Positions 26,785-37,131 of a stretch of 57,851 nucleotides of DNA are shown here, one piece after another (position 1 is the first letter of the stretch; the number at the start of each line of letters is the position of its first letter). The notes under the pieces are model-generated. The model did no database searches, was not told the origin of the DNA, and was given only the letters and a program-made list of their open reading frames with translations. The stretch covers positions 1 through 57,851 of IMG/VR virus record IMGVR_UViG_3300027840_000002; one strand, 5' to 3'. Both the position numbers and the translations under genes were made by a program. The DNA comes from a virus. Taxonomy: Duplodnaviria; Caudoviricetes.

Positions 26785-27314
26785 ATGGAAATGACCATCA
26801 TCAAACGTGCTAAAGACCTGACTAAAGGCGCTTTTAAATTAGGTTCAGTTGTTGATGTTGATACTGACGACATGGTTGTTTATCACAAAGGCTTAGAGTG
26901 GAAAGTTCGCAAAAATGAAGACGGTACTTACGCACTGTTAGACGGGAAGACTGTTTTTCAATAAGCGTGAGTTAAAGGTGCGTCACTTAAAATGAGGATC
27001 TATTGATGAATAAGACACTGAATGTTAAATCAATTCGCAACGGTGCTTTTAAGCAATCATTACCTGTTATTTTCGAAGGTCAAGTAAAAGACGGCGATGA
27101 TTTCCGCTTTGTAATCGCATCTACCGAAAGTGCTTCTTTCAAAGCCGATATTCGTAAAAGCTCGGGTTTACTAATCGGTCGCGGTGATGATGACTTTTTC
27201 AATCCCGATCACGCCGCCGTGTCGCCTGTTTTCCCGGTCTTACCTTACGATGACAAGAAAATCATCGCACAGCAATTGCGCGAGCTGGCTGATTGGTTTG
27301 ACTCTCAGGCGTGA
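26785..27314 (+). CDS. Two hypothetical genes inserted between terS and terL (26785-26964, ~27006-27314)
   Basis: Both have SD TGAGGA; 59 and ~102 aa. Confidence 0.7.
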
Positions 27315-27344
27315 TATACTCCCCTGACAGAACAGGGGAAAAAC

Positions 27345-29099
27345 ATGATAGATAAATCAACTTATGATGCCCTGCGTGACGCGGGGCTTTCACATTTCGA
27401 CGCCGTGTCATCAGCAGGTGGCGATCCGCGCGTATCGTATTTCTGGCCTCCTGACCACAAGTCAGAGGTTGAGCGCCGTCTGAGATTGCTGCAGCGTCTG
27501 CGCGCCGATCCGGTGTTAGCACGTGCAGCACACGTTCACTACAAACATAACCCGGTTGACTGGTGTCTTGACTGGGCGACAACGTACGATCCGCGTAACG
27601 CAACGCGCGGCCTGCCAACGCTTATGCCGTTCAGCATGTTTGAACGTCAGACAGATCTGATTAAATTCCTGCACAGCTGCGTACTCGATGAAGAGAACGG
27701 TCTTATCGAGAAAGCGCGTGATATGGGCGCGACGGTTGCCGCCTCAGCGTTCAGCGTCTGGCTGTGGCTGTACTGGCCTGGCGCTGCTGTCGGTTTTGGT
27801 TCGCGCAAGGAAGAACTCGTTGACCGCCTGGGTGACCCGAAAACGATATTTGATAAGCTGCGTTCCTGTATTAAAAATCTTCCGTCAGATCTGTTCTGGC
27901 CCAAAGGGTTCAACCCGGTTCAGCACATGACGTACATGAAAATTATCAACCCGGCTAACGGTGCAACGATCGCCGGCGAAGCGGGTGATAATATCGGGCG
28001 CGGTGGTCGTACGCTGATCTATTTCAAAGATGAGGCCGCACACTACGAACGCCCCGAACTGATTGAAGCGGCGCTGGGTGATAACACCAACGTTCAGATC
28101 GACATTTCATCAGTTAACGGTATGGGTAACGTTTTCCATCGCCGTCGCATGTCAGGATTTGAATGGAATCCTGGATGCACACCGCCGAAAGGTAAGACGC
28201 GTATATTTATCATGGACTGGAGCGACCACCCGGCTAAATCACAGGCCTGGTACGACGCACGTCGTCAGCGTGCTGAGGATGAAGGCCTGATGCACGTGTT
28301 CGCCCAGGAAGTCGATCGTGATTACAGTGCTGCTGTTGAGAATATACTGATCCCCGCTGCATGGGTGCAGTCCGCACGCGGTGCACATCTTAAACTCGGG
28401 TTATCACCATCGGGTAAACGCACTGCCGGGATGGACGTCGCTGATGGTGGCAGCGACGTGAACGCACTGTGTTTCATGCGCGGTGTGCTCGTAGAACACA
28501 TGGAGACGCTTGCAGGCGACGGTGATGACGCGTATTACGATTTCCACACGAAAGCCGCACAGCGTGGCGCCCATGAATTCTGGTACGACGTGACTGGCAT
28601 CGGGCGCGCTGCGAAAGTTGCTGCGAAGAACACAGATAACGCGATGCCGGTGTTTGCCTGGGTGCCGTCGGGTGCCGTCGTCAACCCGGCACAGTCCATT
28701 ATGGGCGAAACGGAAGACGATGTGACGCGCACGAACCGCGACCATTACGCCACGCTCAAAGCACAGGCCTGGTTCTATCTGCGCAGACGGTTCAAGAAAA
28801 CGTACGACTGGGTGAAAAACGGCATTGAGTGCGATCCGGACGATATTATCAGCCTGCCCGAAAAAGCAGTGTGGGTAGATAAGCTGGTCACCGAACTGGG
28901 TCAGGTAACGTACGGCTATCAGAACGGCGGCAAAGTCATCGTGAACAAAGCACCTGCCGGCACGAAGTCGCCGAACATGGCTGATGCCCTGGTGATTGCT
29001 GCTATGCAGCCTAAACCAAACGCTAAGGTCATTCGTCGTCGCACCACGCCGCACGCAGGTATCGTACAGTCAGGTGCCGGTAATTACGACGGTATGTAA
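27345..29099 (+). CDS. Terminase large subunit
   Basis: IEKARDMGAT Walker A region, YFKDEAAH Walker B, ISSVNG, nuclease GMDVA, SPNMADA. Confidence 0.95.
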   Translation: MIDKSTYDALRDAGLSHFDAVSSAGGDPRVSYFWPPDHKSEVERRLRLLQRLRADPVLARAAHVHYKHNPVDWCLDWATTYDPRNATRGLPTLMPFSMFERQTDLIKFLHSCVLDEENGLIEKARDMGATVAASAFSVWLWLYWPGAAVGFGSRKEELVDRLGDPKTIFDKLRSCIKNLPSDLFWPKGFNPVQHMTYMKIINPANGATIAGEAGDNIGRGGRTLIYFKDEAAHYERPELIEAALGDNTNVQIDISSVNGMGNVFHRRRMSGFEWNPGCTPPKGKTRIFIMDWSDHPAKSQAWYDARRQRAEDEGLMHVFAQEVDRDYSAAVENILIPAAWVQSARGAHLKLGLSPSGKRTAGMDVADGGSDVNALCFMRGVLVEHMETLAGDGDDAYYDFHTKAAQRGAHEFWYDVTGIGRAAKVAAKNTDNAMPVFAWVPSGAVVNPAQSIMGETEDDVTRTNRDHYATLKAQAWFYLRRRFKKTYDWVKNGIECDPDDIISLPEKAVWVDKLVTELGQVTYGYQNGGKVIVNKAPAGTKSPNMADALVIAAMQPKPNAKVIRRRTTPHAGIVQSGAGNYDGM

Positions 29100-29164
29100 A
29101 ATAATTATTGACAGCGTGAACGGTGCGTCGTATCGTAGCGCTGTCAATAACTGAGGAATGAATT

Positions 29165-29986
29165 ATGAAAGAACTGTTTGACGTTTTACTGACATTACGC
29201 TGTGTAGAGATCCATCTGACTTTAGAAAACTACAGCGTAACGTTCGTTCATGATGACGATGTTCACGTTACTCTCAGTCACCCTCACGCAAAAGGTCTGA
29301 CTGATGCTGTTAAAAAATTCATTAAGGAATAAATTATGAATAACGATCAGCATCTACGGTTACAAATGAAAGACAGGTTGATTTCTGAACTTCAAGAGCA
29401 TGCTGAAAAGATGATTTCAGGCATGGAATTATTAGAACATCAATGTGACGATCTGAAAAAGCAAGTGAAACGTCTTGAACACTTTAAGCAGGCCTATATG
29501 GAATGGAGCGATAAAACAGAATGGGTGCAGAATGACAGTCGGTTTCATGTACTTCTTCCGTGGGGTAAACATCGTGCAGATGTTCTCAAAGAATATATTG
29601 AACGTTTGGAAAAGAATTTATCAAACACGTTTTCAATTGAGGAATAAATCATGCTTAAGTGGTTAGCTAAATTCTTTGGATCAGCGGCTGATAAAATAAC
29701 AAATTACGTCTGGCCTGACTCACGTGAAATTGACTACACGTCGCAACGCTGGGGTCACGAATTACATATTGGCACATCGTGGAGCGCACAGAAAAAGTTT
29801 AATCTTACAGGTCATTATTTTGGTAGAGGTTTGCTTCACGACAAAGGTATCAACGAAGGTGATGTTCTACTTATCGCTATGAACGGTGGTAAAATCGGCA
29901 TGTTGCGGGTTTACAGCATCACCTGGTTCCGCGATCCGAACGATATGTTTTCAGCTACAGTAATGTTTGAAGGTGTGAAAGACTGA
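29165..29986 (+). CDS. Three hypothetical early genes (29165-29332, 29336-29647, 29651-29986)
   Basis: Downstream of TTGACA-17-TATCGT (29108-29136); each has an AGGA SD. Confidence 0.7.
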
Positions 29987-30056
29987 ACTATTTTTCAGAT
30001 TGACAGTGTAAAATAATTGAGTATAGTGTGTTTAAATTAAACGAGGAGATAGAGAT

Positions 30057-31837
30057 ATGACAGAGATTAAGCGTTATGACGCTGTGTTAGTTGATGGTGT
30101 TCCGGCTCATCGCCCGAGTGATTCTGGCCGATGGGTTATGCATGAAGACCACGCCGCAATCGTCGCCGAAAAGGATGTGCGTATCGCTGAGCTTGAATCT
30201 GCAAAAAGGTCAGTAACTGAAAACTATCTGCGGGTGACAGCAGAAAGGAACGAGGCGCTGTATAAAGTTATTGAGCTTCAGGAGCAGGTACGGGCGCTGG
30301 CTGCTGAGAATGCAACACTTAGCAACCTTCAACCCACTGAATTAATGGTGTCTTCAGCACATGCAGAGGCTGAACATTACGACAATTTAAACCTCGATGA
30401 AGACCTGATCGTTCTCATGTGGCAGGCGATGCACTCAGTAATCAAAACCCCAGCCACTGATGCCCGTATCCGCGCAGGAGAGCAGCCATGAACATACAAC
30501 AGTTAAAAGAGCTGGCGAAATTAGCGGATTCAGAAGTTACCTGGATTCTCTTGCCAAAGGATCTGGCTAATGACGGGTGGTGCACCGAGGTTGTCAATTA
30601 CATTTCTGTTGTTTCGCCGTCCACGATAACTGCATTGGTAGATCGGATTGAAGCAGCAGAGCGTGAGCGCGACGAGCTGAGGTTGGAAATCGCGCGTATC
30701 GGTGGAGCGAAATCTATAGAAGTTTTACGGCGCGATGCTGCGGCGGGTGAGCCTTATGGTTATGTGCACAAATCACTGTACGAGGCAGTAGGGTCTGCTG
30801 GGTTATCTAACGACCATGAAGCGTACCGTGATAGCCCAACCCACATAGCGCTATACACCGCCGCACAGCCTGCCGTGTTGCCGCATAAATTATCAATGGA
30901 TACTGATCCAGAGCTTCAGGGAGATTTTCGTGTACACGAAGCCATCAGGCGCAAAGGATTTAACCAGGCATTAGACGCAGCCTTGGAGCTGGGAGCACAG
31001 CAGCAGAAGGTTGTTGAGTTGCCTGCGCTGTTTAACCTAAAAATGGCTGGGGATGTGAAGACTAAGCAATATTTCAAAGGAAGTAACGACACCATCAAGC
31101 AGATCGCCGGGTTACTCGACGCGGCCAGTGTGAAGTGGGAGGTGAAGAAGTGAAAACCATCACTGTAACAGTCACTGTTGATATCCCTGACGAAGCAACT
31201 GACAAGGATATTCAGGATTTCGTCGATGTTGAGTATGGGGAATGTAACAGCATGAGCATGAGTAACCCATGCCGAAAATCTGCTGATGTAGTGGACGCCA
31301 CCTGGAGGCATGATGTTTAACGAACTTATCGAGCAGATCGGCGGGCGGGCGCGGCTTGAGAAAATTGCTTCATGGTCTGAGCAATCATGGTCTGAGCAAT
31401 TTGGGCGGGGGTCAAATATTGTGCTTCCTGTATCAGAAGCTGAAGCAATGGCCCGCGCCCTGCTGGCGGTGCTGGATGCTAATCAGGTCCACCAGTTTAT
31501 CAGTAATGACCCTCTATATGATGGCTATGTGGAGTGGATTGATTGCAATGAGGAGTACTTCAAAGGCGTTCGCAGTCATGAGGGGCGGACTTTATACACC
31601 GCCCCGCCATCGGCCACCGTGTCGGATGTAAACTTTGACCTATCGAAGCCAGGAACTGAGGCGACAGTTATCACGCACTACCAAGTGCCGGACGGGTGGA
31701 AGCTGGTACCGTTAAAAGCATTTCCGTCACAGTGGGCCGCAGGCCAGAAAGCTTTCGACTCTGCGGGGATTAACAAAATCGACCCGGTTTATCACGCCAT
31801 GGTTGAAGCAGCGCCAGCGCCGGGAGGTACTATATAA
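30057..31837 (+). CDS. Four Ea/Ead-like mosaic early genes (30057-30491, 30488-31153, 31150-31320, 31310-31837)
   Basis: Promoter TTGACA-16-TATAGT (30000-30027). Motifs ALAAEN, TPATDA, LYTAPP, VPDGWKLVP, Y.AM..AAP are typical of lambdoid/P22 ea genes. Confidence 0.7.
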
Positions 31838-31888
31838 AATATGAGTAGTACGGTAACATGACGTGATCATTCACTCAGGGGAAATATC

Positions 31889-34546
31889 ATGTCTGTTACC
31901 GATTACCGTACCGTTTCAAGTTCCAATCCCGCCACCCTGGTTGCTGAGGTGAAAAAACTCATTGCTGCAGGGTGGCAACCTCTGTCCGGACACGTCGCCG
32001 GTTCATACAGCGGATCTTCAAAATTTTCGCAGGTCATGGTGAAAGGATCGGGTACATCGTATACCGATTACAATCTTCTTTATTCGTCAAGCGAAACTGT
32101 TCTCAATGACCAGGTTACGGCAGCGATCGCTACCGGGTGGGATGTATTACCGGGTGGTGTGGGCAGTGCGTCATCACACAGTCTTCTTTGTCAGCCTATG
32201 ATTAAAGGTACAGGAGTTGTAGCCGGTTCAGGTCTGCAGCCATCAAATAACCTTTCTGACGTACCAAACAAAACTACAGCGTTAGTGAATCTGAACGCTA
32301 TGAGTAAATCAGATGTGGACGGTGTTGCGAGTTTTGCAGATCTGCGCACCCGTCAGCCACGTTATGCCGGCGAACGTGTTATGCTTCGCGAATACAACGC
32401 TGGTGCGAGTCGTTTAACAGGTGGCGGCTGGTTTGTTGGTTATCTTACCGCCCAGGCTGATGACGGTGGTTACATTGCATCATCCGGCGCAGCGTGGCAC
32501 TGGAAGCGACAGAAAGAACTTGCAGATCTGACTGTGAATGATTTCGGCGCGGTAAATGACGGTGTGACAGATGCTGGTCCGGCATTCAAGCGTATGTATG
32601 AATTCCTTTTCGGGTCTTTCGCGCGCGGATTGTCCGGATCGCTTTCTCCAACGTTATCCGTACAGTTTGAAGCTGGTACGTATTTTATTTCGCCACTTGA
32701 TTTACGCGGCTACGGATCTCCTGTACCAAACAATGCCGCTGATGCTGCGCAAAACCCATCAGGTTTTTATGCGGCAGGTCACTTCCGTATGTCGGGTCCG
32801 CGCTGTCAGTTCGGTAAACAGATTTCCACGACGATCGTTTCCGATAAATCTGATACTCCGGTATTTCGCATCAATCACCGTTACTGGACGGTGCACGGCA
32901 TTAACTGGAATGGACAGCAGACCGTACAACGTAACGTTTACAGTGCCGATACGAATCCTACCGGTACGAATATGCTGATCGGCGCTACGCAGGGTGTGTT
33001 TAACGATACGGCCAGCAATAAGCAGCCTTTCATGAAGAATGACTGTCCAACAGGTTGCTTTGCTAACGTAAGCTGTGTCAATGCTCAGGATACCGGGTCG
33101 TATACCTTTTATTATCTTGACAGCCTTGACAGCCATTTCGACCAGGTTTATTCACAACGTACAGCTGGTCCTTTCCTTCAGGTTGGCTGGTCGGATCCTA
33201 ACAAAGTATTTTACGGGAAATGGGACCACTCGACGGCTATCAAACTGAGTAACTTCAATTTCCAGTTTGCTATGGCTCCGGCGTTCTGGATCCCGCGTCA
33301 CGGTCAGGGAATCATTGATAACGGATGGATTGAACATGGAAACGTACCGTTCGATATTAACAATGGACAATGGAACATTAATATGCTGTCCATTGAAAGC
33401 TGTACTAAAAATGCGGTAGCCTGGAACCGCCGTCTGATCATCGATACACTGTCTGGTCCGACAGGTAACACTATCGATATGACTACGGGTCCGAGCGATC
33501 CAGCATGGCCAAGTTATCCGCTGAATCCGGACGGTAGTACTATCACAGCTTTCCAGTCTGCGTACGAACTGGGTAGTTCACGCCAGGAGGCTTATGCAAC
33601 GGTGTTTGATAACCCGCTCAAGGCGCGCTGGTACACCGGCGTGATTCGCGGTACAAATAATACTGCCAGCCCTGTGTGGATGAACATCGGTTCGTTCTTT
33701 ACGCCTGCCGTTGGTGGCAGCTGGGAAATTGAAATCATTTGCCGCAATGGATTTTCATCACTCGGTAGTGCACCGCTGGCTGTAAATGCCGACCGCACAC
33801 CGGGTAAGACAATAATTAACGTCCAGCGCGGTCAGGCCACCTCACCGGCTATAAGCATGCATCATTTCGGTCACACCGGTGTACTTACAGCACAATACCA
33901 GGCTCAGGTTTACAATAATACCTTACCTGCGTTATGGGTTCAGCTTTCATCATACTGCGGTGAGTATGTTGTGAACGTCAAAGGTACAGGTATCACACGT
34001 CTTGAAGGAGGTGAGTGTTCACTATTTAACGTGAGCGGATTAACTCAGGCGTCATCACCGGGACTGCTCACGATTGAAGGACGTTTCTCACTGCATAACG
34101 GATCGGCAGGTATCGGTGCACAGGGTTCTGTTTTAGCTCTGCAGACAACGCGTGCAAGCGGTACCAGCGCACCGGTCACATCAGCGCCGATTCTGTACGC
34201 CAGGGTGAATATTAACGGTCAGGAAGTCGCTATGCCGATTTACGCCTACATTCCTCGTTTCACCACTAACACGCCGGCGACACTCACCGTTACTACCGGA
34301 TCTGCGCTGAGCCTCTCAGCGGTAGTCGTGGATGGTGTCAGTCAGCAGTGGCAGAAATCTACGGATAGTGGTGTCACCTGGAATAATATTTCCGGCGCGA
34401 CTAACACCACGTACAGTATCGCTGCGGCAGCAAGTGGTGACGCTGGTCAGTACAGATTGCTGGTGCGCGGTAACAACGGATCGGGCGGCGCGGGTGATAC
34501 TGCTGGATACGGTTATTCGAATGTCACGACCGTCACAGTGAATTAA
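31889..34546 (+). CDS. AmsF/WceF-like tailspike-fold exopolysaccharide-modifying protein with two N-terminal DUF1737-like repeats and a C-terminal Ig-like domain
   Basis: Repeated Y......L...V...IA.GW..GG; SFADLR..P...GERV.LREY..GGGWF..DDGG; DFGAVNDGVTD; WDHSTAI; QWQKSTD...DAGQYR. Confidence 0.7.
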   Translation: MSVTDYRTVSSSNPATLVAEVKKLIAAGWQPLSGHVAGSYSGSSKFSQVMVKGSGTSYTDYNLLYSSSETVLNDQVTAAIATGWDVLPGGVGSASSHSLLCQPMIKGTGVVAGSGLQPSNNLSDVPNKTTALVNLNAMSKSDVDGVASFADLRTRQPRYAGERVMLREYNAGASRLTGGGWFVGYLTAQADDGGYIASSGAAWHWKRQKELADLTVNDFGAVNDGVTDAGPAFKRMYEFLFGSFARGLSGSLSPTLSVQFEAGTYFISPLDLRGYGSPVPNNAADAAQNPSGFYAAGHFRMSGPRCQFGKQISTTIVSDKSDTPVFRINHRYWTVHGINWNGQQTVQRNVYSADTNPTGTNMLIGATQGVFNDTASNKQPFMKNDCPTGCFANVSCVNAQDTGSYTFYYLDSLDSHFDQVYSQRTAGPFLQVGWSDPNKVFYGKWDHSTAIKLSNFNFQFAMAPAFWIPRHGQGIIDNGWIEHGNVPFDINNGQWNINMLSIESCTKNAVAWNRRLIIDTLSGPTGNTIDMTTGPSDPAWPSYPLNPDGSTITAFQSAYELGSSRQEAYATVFDNPLKARWYTGVIRGTNNTASPVWMNIGSFFTPAVGGSWEIEIICRNGFSSLGSAPLAVNADRTPGKTIINVQRGQATSPAISMHHFGHTGVLTAQYQAQVYNNTLPALWVQLSSYCGEYVVNVKGTGITRLEGGECSLFNVSGLTQASSPGLLTIEGRFSLHNGSAGIGAQGSVLALQTTRASGTSAPVTSAPILYARVNINGQEVAMPIYAYIPRFTTNTPATLTVTTGSALSLSAVVVDGVSQQWQKSTDSGVTWNNISGATNTTYSIAAAASGDAGQYRLLVRGNNGSGGAGDTAGYGYSNVTTVTVN

Positions 34547-34559
34547 TTTATAAAAACTG

Positions 34560-34588
34560 TTGCGTGGCCGCAAGGATGGGGCTATATT
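34560..34588 (+). promoter_or_regulatory. Sigma70 promoter for the RNA cluster
   Basis: TTGCGT-17-TATATT with an A/T-rich upstream element. Confidence 0.75.
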
Positions 34589-34594
34589 CAGATT

Positions 34595-34930
34595 TAGGCG
34601 TAACAACGGGCATGTCGCCTTAGTAAATCGTCATAGGTGCAAGGTTAAAAACTTGTCGGTAGCTCCACGAAACGGAGCACACGACAGGTAAGAGCATTGA
34701 GAACCGCCGAGACTGCCACGAAAGTAGTAAGTCCGTGCAAACGTCATGCAGTGCTCTTTCCGTTGTGGTGAATGCGCAGGCTGATGCGCTAAGCGTGATG
34801 GTGACCGGGTTCCTAGGCCGGGTGAACAAATCGTGAGTATGTAAGCTCAACTGGTAGAGCTTCCGTCAAAGTCGGAGTGATCTGGTTCAACTCCAGAGAT
34901 ACAAGCAGGAGATCAGCTCCTGCCACCACA
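34595..34930 (+). ncRNA. Structured non-coding RNA(s), family not identified
   Basis: No plus-strand ORF of 60 aa or more. Multiple stems, a long stem 34680-34699/34749-34767, and a multibranch fold 34764-34930 with complementary loops. Confidence 0.65.
34835..34904 (+). pseudogene. tRNA-like element with degenerate acceptor stem
   Basis: D arm GCTC-AACTGGTA-GAGC, anticodon-like arm TTCCG-TCAAAGT-CGGAG, T arm TCTGG-TTCAACT-CCAGA. Only 4 acceptor pairs and no CCA. Confidence 0.6.
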
Positions 34931-34938
34931 CATTATTC

Positions 34939-35005
34939 GGCCCTTTAGCTCAGCGGTTAGTTCATAATCGCCAGGGCACTGGTTCAAATCCAGTAAGGGT
35001 CACCA
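34939..35005 (+). pseudogene. tRNA-Ile2/Met(CAT)-derived gene with ~9-nt internal deletion
   Basis: Intact acceptor GGCCCTT/AAGGGTC-ACCA, T arm and TTCATAA loop. The 3' D strand and 5' anticodon strand are missing (67 nt). Confidence 0.8.
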
Positions 35006-35009
35006 ATTT

Positions 35010-35032
35010 AGTCGGGAAACCGACTTTTTATT
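35010..35032 (+). terminator. Intrinsic terminator closing the RNA cluster
   Basis: AGTCGG-GAAA-CCGACT plus T run. Confidence 0.8.
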
Positions 35033-35069
35033 AAACGTAGTGTAAAATAATTGACAGGAGTGTATATAA

Positions 35070-36196
35070 ATGTTTAACATGACTCTTCAGGAACTGTATG
35101 AGTTTTTAAAAATAGAAGGTTGTGAACTTCGAATAGGATTCGACTATCCGCGAGTGAATGAACTAACTTTAACCTGGCTAAATAAAAATAATAATAAGCA
35201 GTTTTCACGCAGATTCAGCACGTTTGAACTCGAAATGATGCGTGTACCAGAAAGTATGCTTGTTTACGCAAGAAGTCAGGCTGAGGAGTGCTTAAAGTGA
35301 TTAAACTGATCATATTTTTACGTAACGCTATTTTTATAACCTCGTTTGCATACTTTGTGTTGATTGCGTTTATTGGAGTTATGTCTTTTGTGTCATGGGA
35401 TATAAACTTGATAATTGATATGTTCCAATCACTTACATGGTATGGTTTCAGGGTAACTTTTCTTTTTTCAGCATTGATAAGTGTGGTAGTTACATATGTC
35501 AAGTATGAGGGGTGGTAATGAAACGTATCCTGATTTTCATGCTGCTATTCATATCGTCGCCAGTTTTTGCCGATGGCAACGTTATGGACATATGGGTGAC
35601 GAAGTATGCGCTGACACGCGGCGTAGAGCAGCACAAAGCGAAAGTATTCAGTAATGGTAAGCTGGCCGTGGTGGACAACACTTACTACCGTAACAGCGAA
35701 TTCTGGTACACCGCAGAAGATGCGCGTAACCAGGCGATCAAAATGAAACAGCAGCGAATCGACACACTGATCCGCGAACTGAAACGTCTACAGAGTAAGG
35801 AATTCAAATAATGCGTATTCGTCGTGAAAGTCTTGAAAAAACCACAGGTATGTCACCGGTCGATGTTCAGACTTACCTTAGCCGTGCCGCACGCATGGCG
35901 ATCGGTGAGGGTAAAAAAGTTGTACGCATCAGCCGCGTCTCTACAGATACGAAACTGCGTACCCGGCGCACCATTGATGAACTGGTGATATCATGATTAA
36001 GAAACGTCCCATTAAAGCTACCGATCTCCACGATGGTTTGCTGATTGATTTTGATGGTGCGGAACCAGCTATCATCCGTGATGTTCTTATCGGTAAAAAC
36101 ATGGTTGAATTCACGGCGAATGGTACAAAATTCGCTGTTGAACATGATGAACAGCTGGTGCAGGTTACCAGACTCACACTGGTGTGCGGTCAATGA
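35070..36196 (+). CDS. Five small hypothetical genes (35070-35300, ~35297-35518 membrane, 35518-35811 with signal-like N-terminus, 35811-35996, 35993-36196)
   Basis: Tightly coupled ORFs. Confidence 0.65.
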
Positions 36197-36459
36197 CCTG
36201 GGAAATCAAACATAAATCCGGTACGGTATTGTTCCGTACCGATAACATTGAAACAGCGCGCGACAGAGAGCGTGCGGGGTGGTGGGTAGTGAATGTAAAA
36301 TATCAAGAATTGACATCAAAAGCACTGGAGTGCGAGCAGAGTAAACTGTTTAAACAGGCTGCTAAAGCGTGGAGCAGTGCAGCAGGTGTTGCGCGAAATC
36401 CACTTAACGTAAACTGGTGTGAGGCACGCGCCGAAGCATGTAAAAAGAAATGTCGGTAA
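36193..36459 (+). CDS. ANR/PerC-like small regulator domain protein
   Basis: A.E.E....QA.KAW..A...A....N..WC..RA..C pattern. Confidence 0.6.
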   Translation: MTWEIKHKSGTVLFRTDNIETARDRERAGWWVVNVKYQELTSKALECEQSKLFKQAAKAWSSAAGVARNPLNVNWCEARAEACKKKCR

Positions 36460-37075
36460 TGCGTACCGACTTCCCGTACGATCTATATCTGCGACCTGTT
36501 GCTGTTCAGGTCGCTGCAAAACTGACGGTTTGTCCGCCGGTGATCGGAGAGAACATCTACATTTACTTTGAACACGGCAGCATGGAATACTGGGTGATGC
36601 ATGCCACGGAGGAACTGATTGCAGCTATTTCAGTAAACCTGTCATTACCGTACTGGGTAGCAATGCGTGAAACAGAATTCTGGTACAACCAGTTATCGTA
36701 TGCTCAGGCTTACAGTATGAACATTGATTATAAAATAGTCAGATCGTGGTACCCGAAAGGCAATGAATTGACAAACGAGGTATTACACTCATGAAAGTAA
36801 AGGATACCAGACTCGGAATCGAAAGGCTTGTCGATGGATCATTTTCACCGTTCGAATATCGAAAATGGTTGAATGCTGCCGAAAAAGCAATAGAAAATAT
36901 TGAAAATCTTGATTTCAGGCATGACAACTTTAGATGGATAAAAATAGAAAATGGGGAGCCTGTTTTTGCTAACGGGATTTTACCGGCTATAACCTTGAAG
37001 GATATTCATTTTCTTATAACTCGCGCACACGTATTTACTCAAATGCGCAGGATGATAGACCGATCTGTACACTAA
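36459..37075 (+). CDS. Two hypothetical genes (36459-36794, 36791-37075)
   Basis: TAATG/ATGA coupling. Confidence 0.65.
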
Positions 37076-37131
37076 CCCTATCGCTCTGTTACACTACGGG
37101 GAATATCAATGTGTAACGGAGCGCCCATCTG

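Noticed and set aside
31828-31891. SD-occluding hairpin upstream of the AmsF-like gene (also sought at lysis and tailspike leaders)
   Set aside because: Only ~5-bp pairings that do not cover the SD; not counted among the late-lock sites.
34660-34800. Hammerhead ribozyme suggested by CTGATG and CGAAA
   Set aside because: The core needs CUGAnGA; here it is CTGATGC, and the stems do not connect in hammerhead topology.
34620-34850. 76-aa minus-strand ORF over the RNA cluster
   Set aside because: Promoter, tRNA remnants and terminator are all on the plus strand; no protein motif.
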